64,000 bases of DNA from Candidatus Bathyarchaeota archaeon (GTDB taxonomy: Archaea > Thermoproteota > Bathyarchaeia > Bathyarchaeales > Bathycorpusculaceae), in assembly GCA_963833575.1 (NCBI GenBank), contig CAWHXY010000004.1:864001-928000 (forward strand), written 5' to 3'. The notes below the pieces were generated by a model. The model ran no database searches. It saw nothing but the letters and a program-made list of their open reading frames with translations, and was not told the origin of the DNA. Both the position numbers and the translations under genes were made by a program. The first letter of the stretch is position 1. Every line of letters begins with the position of its first letter. Below are positions 38,692 through 48,012 of this stretch, piece after piece.

Positions 38692-39684
38692 TTATTCGAA
38701 CTGGTAACTATTTCCAACACTGTTGTAAGTAAAGGCATTTGGGAATGTTTGAGCTATCAAGATTAATGCTCGCCATCCAGTGCAATGAGAGGGTACGATT
38801 AATTCCGGGTTAATCTCTTTTAGCGCATCTATCGTAGGTTCAATTCTTTTCTCAAATTCTTTTCCAGCTAAATGAAAGCCGCCCAATATTGCGTAAACCT
38901 TTGTTAATCCTGTAATCTCTTGAGCATATCGAATGGTGTTTATAATGCCAGCGTGAGCACACCCAGAAATGATAACTAAACCTTTGCCTTTGACTTTAAT
39001 GACTATAGCACGGTCATCCAGGACTACTAGGTCGGGTTGCCAAGTGTTGTCATCATAAATTCTATTTTGCGTTAAGCCATGTTCAAAAGTCGCTTTTCTT
39101 GGAATTTCTCCAGTGATGCAGGCTAAATCATTTGCAATTAAATACGGCTTTTTTGTGTTAACGATTTTCGCTGGAATTAGCTGCTCTAAATCCGGGAAAA
39201 GTGGATACTCTCTTATATTTCCGCTAAGACTGGCGGTTCCTCTACGTTTAACCACGTCTTCGTGAGCTATTATTGGCAAGTCGATTTTGTTAACAACTTT
39301 AATTACTGCTTGTAATCCCCCAAAATGATCGTAATGGCCATGGGAAAGGACAACATAAGAAACTTCGTTTAGGTCGATTCCCATACGCTTTGAGTTCACA
39401 ATTACTCCGTTGGAACTAACGCCAGTATCAAAAAGAATGCTCCAACGCTCTTGATCTGTAAAAATGCGAACGAGTATAGAAAAACCATGCTCTGCAAACG
39501 GCAAGTCTTTATGCGCTGAAGCCCACTCCGCGCCATATTGATCTTTAGCCCAGTGCCAAAGCGATTTCACTTCTTTTCTAGTGTTGCTTGAAAGAAAATC
39601 TATATTGTTGTCCATTAAGGAAACGATTTCTATTTTTGATGCTTCTTTCAAGTCTATAGTTTCTGTGACCAAATACTGATCCAA
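38692..39684 (-). CDS. MBL-fold metallohydrolase (COG1237/MJ0301-like)
   Basis: AEHGFS, LFDTG, LSHGHYDHFGG, GCAHAG, GGFHL, PSHCTG. Confidence 0.88.
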   Translation of the reverse strand: MDQYLVTETIDLKEASKIEIVSLMDNNIDFLSSNTRKEVKSLWHWAKDQYGAEWASAHKDLPFAEHGFSILVRIFTDQERWSILFDTGVSSNGVIVNSKRMGIDLNEVSYVVLSHGHYDHFGGLQAVIKVVNKIDLPIIAHEDVVKRRGTASLSGNIREYPLFPDLEQLIPAKIVNTKKPYLIANDLACITGEIPRKATFEHGLTQNRIYDDNTWQPDLVVLDDRAIVIKVKGKGLVIISGCAHAGIINTIRYAQEITGLTKVYAILGGFHLAGKEFEKRIEPTIDALKEINPELIVPSHCTGWRALILIAQTFPNAFTYNSVGNSYQFE

Positions 39685-40260
39685 CTATAAAATTCCTCGG
39701 TAATTTTCTGTGGTTGGGCAACCGACACACTTTTGGGTTTCATATCGGCTGCAGGGGTCGCATTCAATATTGCACGGTGCAACTTTTTTTTCTTTGTTTG
39801 CCAGGTTTTCTCTTATTTGAAGGAAAGGTGAAAAATAGGTGTCGCTTACAGGGTAGAATTCTGATCTTCGAATTCCTTTGCTGCATCTTAAGGAGCATTT
39901 CTCCATCGAGATGCTTTCTAAGGTTTCTCTCGTTTCTGCAACTATAAGTGCCATTAAATTGTAGCCGCCTATTGTTTTAAAAATCTGAACTATCCTGGGG
40001 CATTCTTCGAAACGGTCGAGGACGTTTTGCATCGCTTCTGCGCTCTCCATTTCCAGCATTACGATAGCCAGATGAAGCCCAAGTGCGCTTGGGTTGACCA
40101 GAGCGGATATTTTGATTACACCGTTATCAATAAGTTTTTCAAGTCTTTTCTTTGTTCCCATACTCGTGAAGCCTGTTAGTTTTGATAAATCCTCAAGAGA
40201 CGTCCTGCCATCTGCTTGAAGTTGAGCTATTATTTTCTTGTCAACCTCATCCATTGCCAT
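39685..40260 (-). CDS. Lrp/AsnC regulator with Cys-rich C-terminal extension
   Basis: MDEVDKKIIAQLQADGR HTH; tail PCNIECDPCSRYETQKCVGCP. Confidence 0.88.
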   Translation of the reverse strand: MAMDEVDKKIIAQLQADGRTSLEDLSKLTGFTSMGTKKRLEKLIDNGVIKISALVNPSALGLHLAIVMLEMESAEAMQNVLDRFEECPRIVQIFKTIGGYNLMALIVAETRETLESISMEKCSLRCSKGIRRSEFYPVSDTYFSPFLQIRENLANKEKKVAPCNIECDPCSRYETQKCVGCPTTENYRGIL

Positions 40261-40341
40261 ACCCGTTTACTTTCTAAACATAACCTATTAATATTGTTTA
40301 TCTATTAAACTATGTTATAATTAAAATAAAAGGTTATCGAA

Positions 40342-40731
40342 ATGACAAAAAGAATAATGATGCCAGTTGAAGATGATGCAGGATTAGAAGCTCAATTAGC
40401 ACACCACTTCGGAAGAGCACCCTACTTCGCCATAGTAGAACTCGACGAAAACCAAAAAACCTCGAAAGTTAAAACTGAACCAAACAGAAGCGAACACATG
40501 GGAGGCGCCCCAGGGCACTCACATGAAAGCTTTCTAGCACTAAAACCAGACGTCGTCGTGGCCTACACAATGGGTCCTGGAGCACTGAGCACTTTCCAAA
40601 ATGCCGGCATCACAGTTTTAAAAGCAACTGAAAATACGGTGAAGGGCAACGTTGAATCTTTCAAAGAAGGCAAACTCGAAGAGCTAGTTGGCGGATGCGA
40701 ACACGCCCACCACCATGAACACGAACATTAA
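40342..40731 (+). CDS. NifB/NifX-family (COG1433) protein with His-rich tail
   Basis: HHFGRAPYFAIV, MGPGA, tail CEHAHHHEHEH. Confidence 0.88.
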   Translation: MTKRIMMPVEDDAGLEAQLAHHFGRAPYFAIVELDENQKTSKVKTEPNRSEHMGGAPGHSHESFLALKPDVVVAYTMGPGALSTFQNAGITVLKATENTVKGNVESFKEGKLEELVGGCEHAHHHEHEH

Positions 40732-40762
40732 ATTAAACTAAAATCAATAGAGGTGAAGAAAA

Positions 40763-41179
40763 TTGCCGAAAATAAAAGCAAAAGCAACATGGGTTGAAAA
40801 TGTCCGCTCAAAGGTTGATAATCAAAGAAACCACAGCGTAGAATGTGACCTCTCCACGGCTGCGGGAGGAACAGATTGTGGTCCGACCGCACTTGAGCTT
40901 AGCTTGATGGCGTTAGCAGACTGCGGCGTGACAATCTTTGCCGAGGTTTGCAAGAAAAGCAACATTAAACTAAAGATGGTTGAAATTACCGCTGAAGCTG
41001 ACAAATCGCCAGATTCACCGATGATAAGTGGTGTTATTATGAAAGTTAATGCTTCCTCTGATGCAAGAAAAGAGCTGCTAGAGGCTGCTTGGCGAAGAAC
41101 CGAAGCAAATTGTCCTGTGTTGTTTGTCTTTAAAGAACCAACGCCAGTCAAGGTTGAATTTGAAGGAAAAACGGAATAG
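40763..41179 (+). CDS. OsmC-like protein
   Basis: GGTDCGPTALEL..ALADC ... NCPV. Confidence 0.85.
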   Translation: MPKIKAKATWVENVRSKVDNQRNHSVECDLSTAAGGTDCGPTALELSLMALADCGVTIFAEVCKKSNIKLKMVEITAEADKSPDSPMISGVIMKVNASSDARKELLEAAWRRTEANCPVLFVFKEPTPVKVEFEGKTE

Positions 41180-41197
41180 ACGCCTAAGGACCTACAA

Positions 41198-41734
41198 ATG
41201 AAGACTGCTCTGATAATTTACTGGTCTAAGACAGGTAACACTGAAAAAGTGGCTAATGCAATCAAACAGGGCTTAGAAGACGCGAGCATTCAAGTAACAA
41301 TTAAGAAGCCTGAGGAAGCAGAAGCGCTTGATTACTTTGACTATGATTTAGTTTGCATAGGTTGTCCGTCGTACTCTTGGCATCCTCCTGAACCCGTGAC
41401 AAACTTTCTTAAGAAAAAATTCGCTGAATATCGACAAAATGGTAAAATCAAGCCTTCAGCTCCAAAAGTTCCAGGCAAAAACGCTATAGTCTTCGTAACT
41501 TACTCTGGACCACATACAGGAATTGACGAAGCAACTCCAGTTGGCAAAGATATACGACAATATTTTGAGCACATAGGTTTCAATGTTATCGATGAATGGT
41601 ACGTTTTAAGCGAATTTCACGGTTCACTTGAACATAGCACTTTGGGTAGATTAGGCGATGTTAGGGGAAAACCGACTTCTGAACAATTGCAAGTCGTAAA
41701 AGATGACTCAAGGCGCATAGGTAAGCTGCTCTAA
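41198..41734 (+). CDS. Flavodoxin family protein
   Basis: IIYWSKTGNTEKVA, IGCPSY. Confidence 0.88.
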   Translation: MKTALIIYWSKTGNTEKVANAIKQGLEDASIQVTIKKPEEAEALDYFDYDLVCIGCPSYSWHPPEPVTNFLKKKFAEYRQNGKIKPSAPKVPGKNAIVFVTYSGPHTGIDEATPVGKDIRQYFEHIGFNVIDEWYVLSEFHGSLEHSTLGRLGDVRGKPTSEQLQVVKDDSRRIGKLL

Positions 41735-41742
41735 TTCTGTTT

Positions 41743-42099
41743 GTGGTCAATTTGGATAACACTCAAAATAGTTGCAATGCAGAAGCGTCTCAGAAAATTC
41801 TGAGACCAGTTCCCTATGCTCAAGGCTTCCATTTTTTCATGCCAGATGGCCATTATACCGGTGAAATAGCATTATCCCTTTGCTCATTCTTAAAAGACAT
41901 GGGAAGCATTGATACACAATCGATCAAATTTCACTTTGACCGCGGTGACTTCCAGAAGTGGTTAAGAACTACAGTCGGCGATGAGAAACTCGCCCTAATA
42001 ATTGACAAATTAGACAAGAAAACTCCAGAAGAAAGCCTCCAAGAAAAGTTAGCGGACATAGTGCAAAAAAGAATTGCAGAATTGAAGTTATCACGTTAG
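41743..42099 (+). CDS. DUF5752-like protein
   Basis: GFHF...G..A.SL..F...SIKFHFDRGDFQKWL..TVGD..LA. Confidence 0.7.
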   Translation: MVNLDNTQNSCNAEASQKILRPVPYAQGFHFFMPDGHYTGEIALSLCSFLKDMGSIDTQSIKFHFDRGDFQKWLRTTVGDEKLALIIDKLDKKTPEESLQEKLADIVQKRIAELKLSR

Positions 42100-42155
42100 A
42101 TCATCTTGATTGCGACGGTTAGATAGTTGCGAGCCTTTTTCTAAGGGCTAAAATT

Positions 42156-42536
42156 TCAAACGCTTTTTGTTTCCCATTTCGTAAAGTAAATTTTGCCGTC
42201 TTCTCTAAAGGCTCGGAGTAGTTCGCAATGCCTAAAGAAAGCAAATTCTTGCTCTAACTGCTCTGGTTTGATGTTTAGGGTCTTGATCAAATCTTCTTTT
42301 GTAGTTTTACCGTATTTCTCTACGGTGTTGTAGATTTTTTGCTGTAACTCAGTTAAGCCTGAACTTCCTGATTGGCCTAATTGTTTTCGCACAGATAAGG
42401 CTGATGACACAGCCATGGGGTCACAAGCTTTTGGAGGGTTAGTTTCATACATGTAGCAATCTTCGCATAAAACTTGTCCGTTGAGGTCATAAGATTCTCT
42501 TTCATTAATAGATGATTTGCAGCGTTCACATTCCAT
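42156..42536 (-). CDS. Zn-finger plus wHTH-like hypothetical protein
   Basis: MECERC...LCEDCY...ACDPMAV, RHCELL. Confidence 0.75.
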   Translation of the reverse strand: MECERCKSSINERESYDLNGQVLCEDCYMYETNPPKACDPMAVSSALSVRKQLGQSGSSGLTELQQKIYNTVEKYGKTTKEDLIKTLNIKPEQLEQEFAFFRHCELLRAFREDGKIYFTKWETKSV

Positions 42537-42579
42537 TTGCTCTCACCGTTATGTTCTTTCTTTATTTTCTTTTCTTGAC

Positions 42580-42972
42580 TTATGTTTTTTGCGCTTGTTT
42601 TAAGTGTTTTTGGAGATCTGATTCGAAGCTGTCTATAAGTGCTTCAAGGCTTTCAGTGATTTCTTTTACTCTCTCGAGTGAATGCTTCTTAATTGTTGCT
42701 GGGTCAAGCATAGCGTAAGTGTGGTAGTATCCGCCGCCTTTGAGGGATTTTGATTGCTTGTTTATTAGATTTATACTTACAAGTTTAGAAAGGCAGCGGT
42801 GTACTGAGCTTCGATCCTTCTGCACTATTTTTGCGATTTGGTCAAGCGTAGCGTTTTCATTTTTTGCCAGTGCAAGGAGGACTTCAAGGTCTGAGGGTTT
42901 TAGGTTGTATAGGCATGTTAGTAAGTCGGTGCAAGAAGCGCCCTTTTTTGTTAGTAGGTTTATGCTTTCCAT
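42580..42972 (-). CDS. HTH transcriptional regulator (COG3355/TrmB-like)
   Basis: C.DLL.C.YNL, DRSSVHRCLSKLV, GGYYHTY; ATG at 42972 is more plausible than the track start at 43149. Confidence 0.82.
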   Translation of the reverse strand: MESINLLTKKGASCTDLLTCLYNLKPSDLEVLLALAKNENATLDQIAKIVQKDRSSVHRCLSKLVSINLINKQSKSLKGGGYYHTYAMLDPATIKKHSLERVKEITESLEALIDSFESDLQKHLKQAQKT

Positions 42973-43081
42973 GAGTAAGAGATTATTGAATCTTGCATAT
43001 AAATGGTATTGTTTGGTATTGACAATACCGTAAGATATATTTGGAAGTGAGATGCAATGGTACAGCATAGGAAGTATAGCG

Positions 43082-43189
43082 ATGCAGAAAAAAATTGAAT
43101 GTCCACGCGGTATTCCCGAAGAGCTATGTGACCACTCTCCAACCTGCAAGGTCTGGGTAGCAAGGTTAAACGCTCAAAAACAAGTTTAA
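43082..43189 (+). CDS. Putative small Cys/His peptide
   Basis: MQKKIECPRGIPEELCDHSPTCKVWVARLNAQKQV; co-oriented just upstream of trxA; alternative ATG at 43052. Confidence 0.4.
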   Translation: MQKKIECPRGIPEELCDHSPTCKVWVARLNAQKQV

Positions 43190-43225
43190 AAGTTCCATTA
43201 AAAAGAAAATGAAGGTAGTTAAGGT

Positions 43226-43636
43226 ATGTATGAAGAAAATGAACCAGAACAAATAAGATTTAAAAAAGTTCAAGCTATGCGAGATGCTGCCAAAAAAGGT
43301 CAAGCACCGGTTGTAAGACAGCCAATAATTCTGACTGATAGCAACTTTTCAGGAGCAGTCTCAGCAAATGAATTATTGGTGGTAGATTTTTGGGCTCCTT
43401 GGTGTGGCCCATGCCGAATGGTAGGACCCATAATTGAGGCACTATCAGCTGAATATACCGGTAAAGCAGCGTTTGGAAAAATGAACGTTGACGAGAATCA
43501 AGTAGTGCCGAGCAGATTTGGAATAATGAGCATTCCAACTATAATCATCTTTAGTCATGGCAAAGAAGTTGAGAGGTTAGTTGGCGCTTACCCCAAAGCG
43601 CATATCGAAGCGATGATCAAACGGTATCTGGGATAG
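43226..43636 (+). CDS. trxA: Thioredoxin
   Basis: VDFWAPWCGPC, SIPT. Confidence 0.95.
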   Translation: MYEENEPEQIRFKKVQAMRDAAKKGQAPVVRQPIILTDSNFSGAVSANELLVVDFWAPWCGPCRMVGPIIEALSAEYTGKAAFGKMNVDENQVVPSRFGIMSIPTIIIFSHGKEVERLVGAYPKAHIEAMIKRYLG

Positions 43637-43801
43637 CAGCCACAGAGGATAGCACATGACGAATGTCGTAGAAAAAATAGACGCAGTAAAATCACGGTTT
43701 GCTGGCCGTTACCGCTTGGTTATCAGCTGGAACAGGTTATTGCACGCACGCGAATTTGTTGTTCTAAAAACTTATATTTCAATCGTTTGGAAGAGGTTGG
43801 C

Positions 43802-44281
43802 ATGACAGAACCAAAAAACGGTCGACCAATTTTCTTTCCAGAAAAACTGGTTCTCTTTGGTAACCTAGCGCTTTTTCTTTGGATTGTTCTTGATTCGGTG
43901 GCTTTTCTGCTATATGATTTCACAACCGGTATTGTGTTTTTTGTCCTAACTCTTATCTTGATTTATGGTGTACTGCATATTCTGGGTTGCCTACGTCCAT
44001 GCTACAATTGCATAAAATGCACTCATGGCATGGGGCGCTTGGCAGCCTTGTACTTTGGCAGACGTATCTTTAAAGACTACAAATACAACTACAAACTGCC
44101 CACTGCAATATTTTTCACACTATACATCGGAGGATTCCCCGCAGCATTCGCACTCTACTCAGCAATCGTAGATTTCACGGCCATCAAAGCAGCGGTGTTT
44201 GGGGCTCTCTTAGTGTTTACGATCTATAGCGCCTTAACATGGAGACCAAGAAAACCAAAAAACACAAAAGAGGTACTATAG
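43802..44281 (+). CDS. Hypothetical 4-TM membrane protein with a Cys cluster
   Basis: Hydrophobic segments; GCLRPCYNCIKC; GAGGT RBS before ATG 43802. Confidence 0.72.
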   Translation: MTEPKNGRPIFFPEKLVLFGNLALFLWIVLDSVAFLLYDFTTGIVFFVLTLILIYGVLHILGCLRPCYNCIKCTHGMGRLAALYFGRRIFKDYKYNYKLPTAIFFTLYIGGFPAAFALYSAIVDFTAIKAAVFGALLVFTIYSALTWRPRKPKNTKEVL

Positions 44282-44313
44282 CCTCGCGGAGTTTACCTAT
44301 TGAGGAGTTAACT

Positions 44314-44898
44314 ATGGAAAATCATCTAGATCGTGCTAAGTTCTTAATGTCTGAAGAAAGAAAGCAATGGCATAATCCGGAAACAATCTTAAAATTTGCA
44401 GGCGCAACAGAAGGAATGACGATGGCGGACCTTGGCTCAGGACCTGGTTTCTTCACGATACAAATGGCTCATATTACCGGAAAAAAAGGTCTCGTGTATG
44501 CTGTTGATAGTGATCAGCATATGCTGGAAAGTTTGAAGGAAAACATTGCCAAGTCGGAAGTAAATCCAAAATTAATAAAAATTGTTAAAAGTGATGTGTG
44601 TCATACAGGAATTCCTGAAAAATCCATCGACTTTGTTCTTTTTGCGAATGTTCTTCATGAAGTGACTGACAAGAAAGCTTTCTTTCAAGAAGTGAACCGC
44701 ATATCTAAACTCACAGCATACATCGTTGATGTGGATTGGAAAAAGATTAAAACAGAACACGGACCGCCACTAAAAAGTCGTCTATCCGAAGTTGAATCTA
44801 AGCAAATCCTTTCAGAGAGTGGCTTCAACGTTGTAAAACAGACTGATGCAGGACCATACCATTATGAATTAATTTGCAAGCCAACAGTTCTACCTTAG
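44314..44898 (+). CDS. Class I SAM-dependent methyltransferase
   Basis: ADLGSGPGFF, VYAVD, ANVLHE, VDWKK...GPP; GAGGAG RBS before ATG 44314. Confidence 0.88.
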   Translation: MENHLDRAKFLMSEERKQWHNPETILKFAGATEGMTMADLGSGPGFFTIQMAHITGKKGLVYAVDSDQHMLESLKENIAKSEVNPKLIKIVKSDVCHTGIPEKSIDFVLFANVLHEVTDKKAFFQEVNRISKLTAYIVDVDWKKIKTEHGPPLKSRLSEVESKQILSESGFNVVKQTDAGPYHYELICKPTVLP

Positions 44899-45046
44899 AA
44901 TATGCACTGATCACGAGTTCGTTTATCTTTCCTTTTACTGTGTAAACCGAAGAAATGGTCGCAAAAAAATTAGATGCCGAGCTACACTATCCGAAACTAA
45001 GCTGGACAAGCTAATGAGATTTAAGTTATGCTAACTATCGTGGATA

Positions 45047-46369
45047 TTAGCGTTTTCTGCCCCGAATTATTATAACAATGGCAACGATGGTGCTAGCTGC
45101 GATTACAACGGTTATTGATAACTCTAACTCTCCCAGAGAGAATATATTTGATGTGGGTGAGTTTGAAGACGATTGTTTAGGCGTTGTTTGTGGGTTGCCA
45201 AACGCGTAAATATTGTGGTCCCATGACCCAATGTATACTGTTCCTCCTGCAACTGCGGGAGAAGAACTTACGTGACCTTGGGTTGTGTATGTCCATTTGC
45301 TTGCTCCACTTGAGGCGTTTAGGCAGTAAACATTGTCATCCCAACCTCCCACGTAGACATATCCGCCTGCGACTGCTGGAGACGAATTTACTCCGTCTTT
45401 AGTTGTGTAATTCCATATTTTCTGGCCGCTTGAGGCGTTTAGGCAATAAACGTTTTTATCTGGGTTATCTGATACGCCTGACCCAATGTAAACATAGCCG
45501 TTGGCAACTGCGGGAGAAGAGTCAACCCACCCTTGCGTTGTGTAATTCCACAGTTTTGTTCCTGTTGAAGCATCTAGACAATAAATATTCATATCTTCAG
45601 ATCCTATGTAGACACGGTCGCCGACAACTGCAGGAGAAGACATTATCAGATTCCCAGTCGTGTAATTCCATATCTTACTGCCTGTTAAGGCATCAAAACA
45701 ATAAACGTTGCTATCTGCTGAACCAACATAAACATGGTCGTTGAGGATCGCTGGAGAAGACTCAACAAGGTTTCCGGTTGTGTAATTCCATATTCTAGTG
45801 CCGGTTAATGCGTCAAGGCAGTAAATGTTTCCGTCCCAAGAACCCACGTAAACGTAGCCGTTGGCAACTGAGGGGCAAGATTCCACGGTATTTCCAGTTG
45901 TGAAATTCCACACTTCATTACCTGTAGAAGCATTCAAACAGTACACATTACGGTCATAACTTCCAAAATAGACATAGCCTTCTGCAACAGCAATGGAGGA
46001 ACTTATTGCTGCTGGTCGACCCATAGGTGAGTAGGTCCATACTTGGGACCCATCTGCGGCATTAAGCTTATAGACGGTTCCATCATCGGAGGGTATGTAG
46101 ACGTAACCGTCAACTATTGCAGGCGAAGCCCCTATGGGGTTTTTGGTTGTGTAATTCCAAAGCAAATTGGCAGAAGTTGCGGGTGCTGTACTGGCTGAAT
46201 AGCCTGTGTGAGTTAAGTCGTGATGAAACATCGGCCAGTTATTTGAGGCAGCAGTAGCGAAGGCTTGCAATTCAATCGAAAACAAGAAAGCCATAAGAAG
46301 AATCAAATAGAGAATTTTTGTGATTATGCTTTTCAAAATTTTTGCCCCGCGCTTTGTAAACAAGTCCAT
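45047..46369 (-). CDS. Surface PQQ-like (BamB-type) beta-propeller repeat protein
   Basis: Signal peptide, WPMFHHD, about 8 repeats of SSPAV..GYVY.GS.D.N.YCL.A.TG...WNYTT, C-terminal TM anchor. Confidence 0.9.
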   Translation of the reverse strand: MDLFTKRGAKILKSIITKILYLILLMAFLFSIELQAFATAASNNWPMFHHDLTHTGYSASTAPATSANLLWNYTTKNPIGASPAIVDGYVYIPSDDGTVYKLNAADGSQVWTYSPMGRPAAISSSIAVAEGYVYFGSYDRNVYCLNASTGNEVWNFTTGNTVESCPSVANGYVYVGSWDGNIYCLDALTGTRIWNYTTGNLVESSPAILNDHVYVGSADSNVYCFDALTGSKIWNYTTGNLIMSSPAVVGDRVYIGSEDMNIYCLDASTGTKLWNYTTQGWVDSSPAVANGYVYIGSGVSDNPDKNVYCLNASSGQKIWNYTTKDGVNSSPAVAGGYVYVGGWDDNVYCLNASSGASKWTYTTQGHVSSSPAVAGGTVYIGSWDHNIYAFGNPQTTPKQSSSNSPTSNIFSLGELELSITVVIAASTIVAIVIIIRGRKR

Positions 46370-46428
46370 GTCAACATTTAAATGTTGTTATGTTAGGAAA
46401 TAGTAAAGGCAACTTAAAACATGGCTGT

Positions 46429-46779
46429 CTAAGCGGTCCAAAAAGAAAAAACTTTTAGATTTTCGTTCTTGAACTCTTTTTCTAGAATCATTTTCACTTC
46501 ATCCTCATCCAAGTTATTAATTCCATTCTTGTCCCTGTGAAGTGGGATTCCAGTTTCTCTGAGTGCCTCGCCTTTCGGAAAATCAAGAAAAATGTAGTAA
46601 CGTCTGTCGTAGAGCATTATTAGTCTTAACGAGGTTAATTCCTTGTTTGGAGAAAAGCCATTTTGCTCAAGGACAAAAACGATTGAGCCAGGCTTTTTTT
46701 CTCTGACCAAACGTTTGAATTCATCCCATTTTCTAACCCTTACGTGACCCTCACTCATAACCTTGACATCAGTTTTCAT
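46429..46779 (-). CDS. Hypothetical protein in the arsC operon
   Basis: 116-aa ORF overlapping the arsC stop. Confidence 0.65.
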   Translation of the reverse strand: MKTDVKVMSEGHVRVRKWDEFKRLVREKKPGSIVFVLEQNGFSPNKELTSLRLIMLYDRRYYIFLDFPKGEALRETGIPLHRDKNGINNLDEDEVKMILEKEFKNENLKVFSFWTA

Positions 46780-47161
46780 TTATCAACTTATCAACTTGTT
46801 TCTCAATTTCATCTCTGATTTCCCGTACTTTTTCGATTGACTTTCCTTTTGGGTCCTCAAGTTTCCAATCGATTGTTGGTTTAAAAAATGGACCAGGGCA
46901 GATTCCCTGATCATTGCAGCCCATAGTAACAATTAGATCTACATCTTCCGCCATTTTGGCAGTGAGCAATTTTGGCTTGTTATTTGAAATTTCAATGCCT
47001 ATCTCCTTCATTGATTCAACAACTACTGGGTTAACTTCGTCAGCAGGTTTGTTGCCCGCACTGGACGCAACAAACTTATCTTTTCCAAACTTGTTGGTAA
47101 ATGCTTCTGCCATTTGGCTTCTACCGGCATTTTCAACGCACACAAACAAGACTTTCTTCAT
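46769..47161 (-). CDS. arsC: Arsenate reductase (LMW-PTPase fold)
   Basis: VLFVCVENAGRSQMAE, VTMGC....CP, W.LEDP. Confidence 0.9.
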   Translation of the reverse strand: MKKVLFVCVENAGRSQMAEAFTNKFGKDKFVASSAGNKPADEVNPVVVESMKEIGIEISNNKPKLLTAKMAEDVDLIVTMGCNDQGICPGPFFKPTIDWKLEDPKGKSIEKVREIRDEIEKQVDKLINEN

Positions 47162-47165
47162 TTTT

Positions 47166-47474
47166 TCACGTTTCCATTTTGTTTTGCAAAGGATAGTTCT
47201 TTCTCAAGCCCTTGATTATTTCGCGCGTCTGTTTATTAGATTGGTGAGCGATTGCGTCAGAAGGGCATATAGAGTCACAACCCGTGCAGAGCACCACACA
47301 ATTATTTGGGTTCTTTACAACTGGCCTGTTCTTTCCGTCCCTTTCTTCAAACCCGTAAGTTCCAAGTTTGCAATAGTCTACACATTTTCCACAACTAACA
47401 CATTTTTCATAATCTATTGTGGGGTACCATTGTATCTTGCTTCGAGGAATTCCATACCAGTTTTCTTCAGACAT
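47166..47474 (-). CDS. 2x[4Fe-4S] ferredoxin family protein
   Basis: WYPTIDYEKCVSCGKCVDYC, CVVLCTGCDSICP. Confidence 0.88.
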   Translation of the reverse strand: MSEENWYGIPRSKIQWYPTIDYEKCVSCGKCVDYCKLGTYGFEERDGKNRPVVKNPNNCVVLCTGCDSICPSDAIAHQSNKQTREIIKGLRKNYPLQNKMET

Positions 47475-47503
47475 ATTTTTTCCCCTATATTGCATGCTGT
47501 TTT

Positions 47504-47545
47504 ATATTCATATTAATAGCAACTTTTAAATATTGTTATGAATAT
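47504..47545. promoter_or_regulatory. Inverted repeat in the divergent arsR/ferredoxin-arsC promoter
   Basis: ATATTCATA-N24-TATGAATAT; the region is AT-rich, so a chance match is possible. Confidence 0.35.
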
Positions 47546-47556
47546 TAAGTCAAACC

Positions 47557-47886
47557 ATGTCAGCGAAACTGGAAAATCAGAACCGGTTTGAATCAACAAT
47601 ATTCTACGCGCTTTCCGATCCAATCCGACTCGAAATAATAACATATTTGCGCGACGGAGAAAAATGTGTCTGCGAAATAGTTCCTCACTTAAACCTCATT
47701 CAACCACTCGTCTCACGTCACTTGAAAATCCTCAAAGATACCGGAATAGTTAGATGCCGAAAGGACGGAACAAAACGAATGTACTCAATTGTTGATGCCA
47801 GAATATACAATGTTGTTAACGCTTTAACCTCGGAACTCTTAAGCACTCTCGCAAAAGAAGCGTTTGAAAGTATTACCCGCAGCTAA
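47557..47886 (+). CDS. arsR: ArsR family As/metal-sensing repressor
   Basis: ALSDPIRLEI, EKCVCEI, VSRHLKILK. Confidence 0.88.
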   Translation: MSAKLENQNRFESTIFYALSDPIRLEIITYLRDGEKCVCEIVPHLNLIQPLVSRHLKILKDTGIVRCRKDGTKRMYSIVDARIYNVVNALTSELLSTLAKEAFESITRS

Positions 47887-48012
47887 CGCAATTGGTAAAA
47901 AATAGGCGAAAGGGTACTAAGCAGCGTATCTAAAGCCAAAACATTTGTTGACAAAAAGAGGATTTATTTCAAGGTACTGCCGATACCTCGAATTCGTTAT
48001 TATGTTTTGTTT

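Noticed and set aside
44314-44898. Methyltransferase considered as ArsM
   Set aside because: It is short and lacks the multiple conserved Cys residues expected of ArsM.
45170-46170. ~120-bp periodic repeats (tgtaattcca...) resembling an array
   Set aside because: These are the coding repeats of the PQQ-like beta-propeller blades, not a CRISPR array or non-coding repeat.
46914-47516. 200-aa plus-strand ORF, and similar antisense ORFs throughout the track
   Set aside because: These are shadows of well-supported genes on the opposite strand and have no recognisable motifs.
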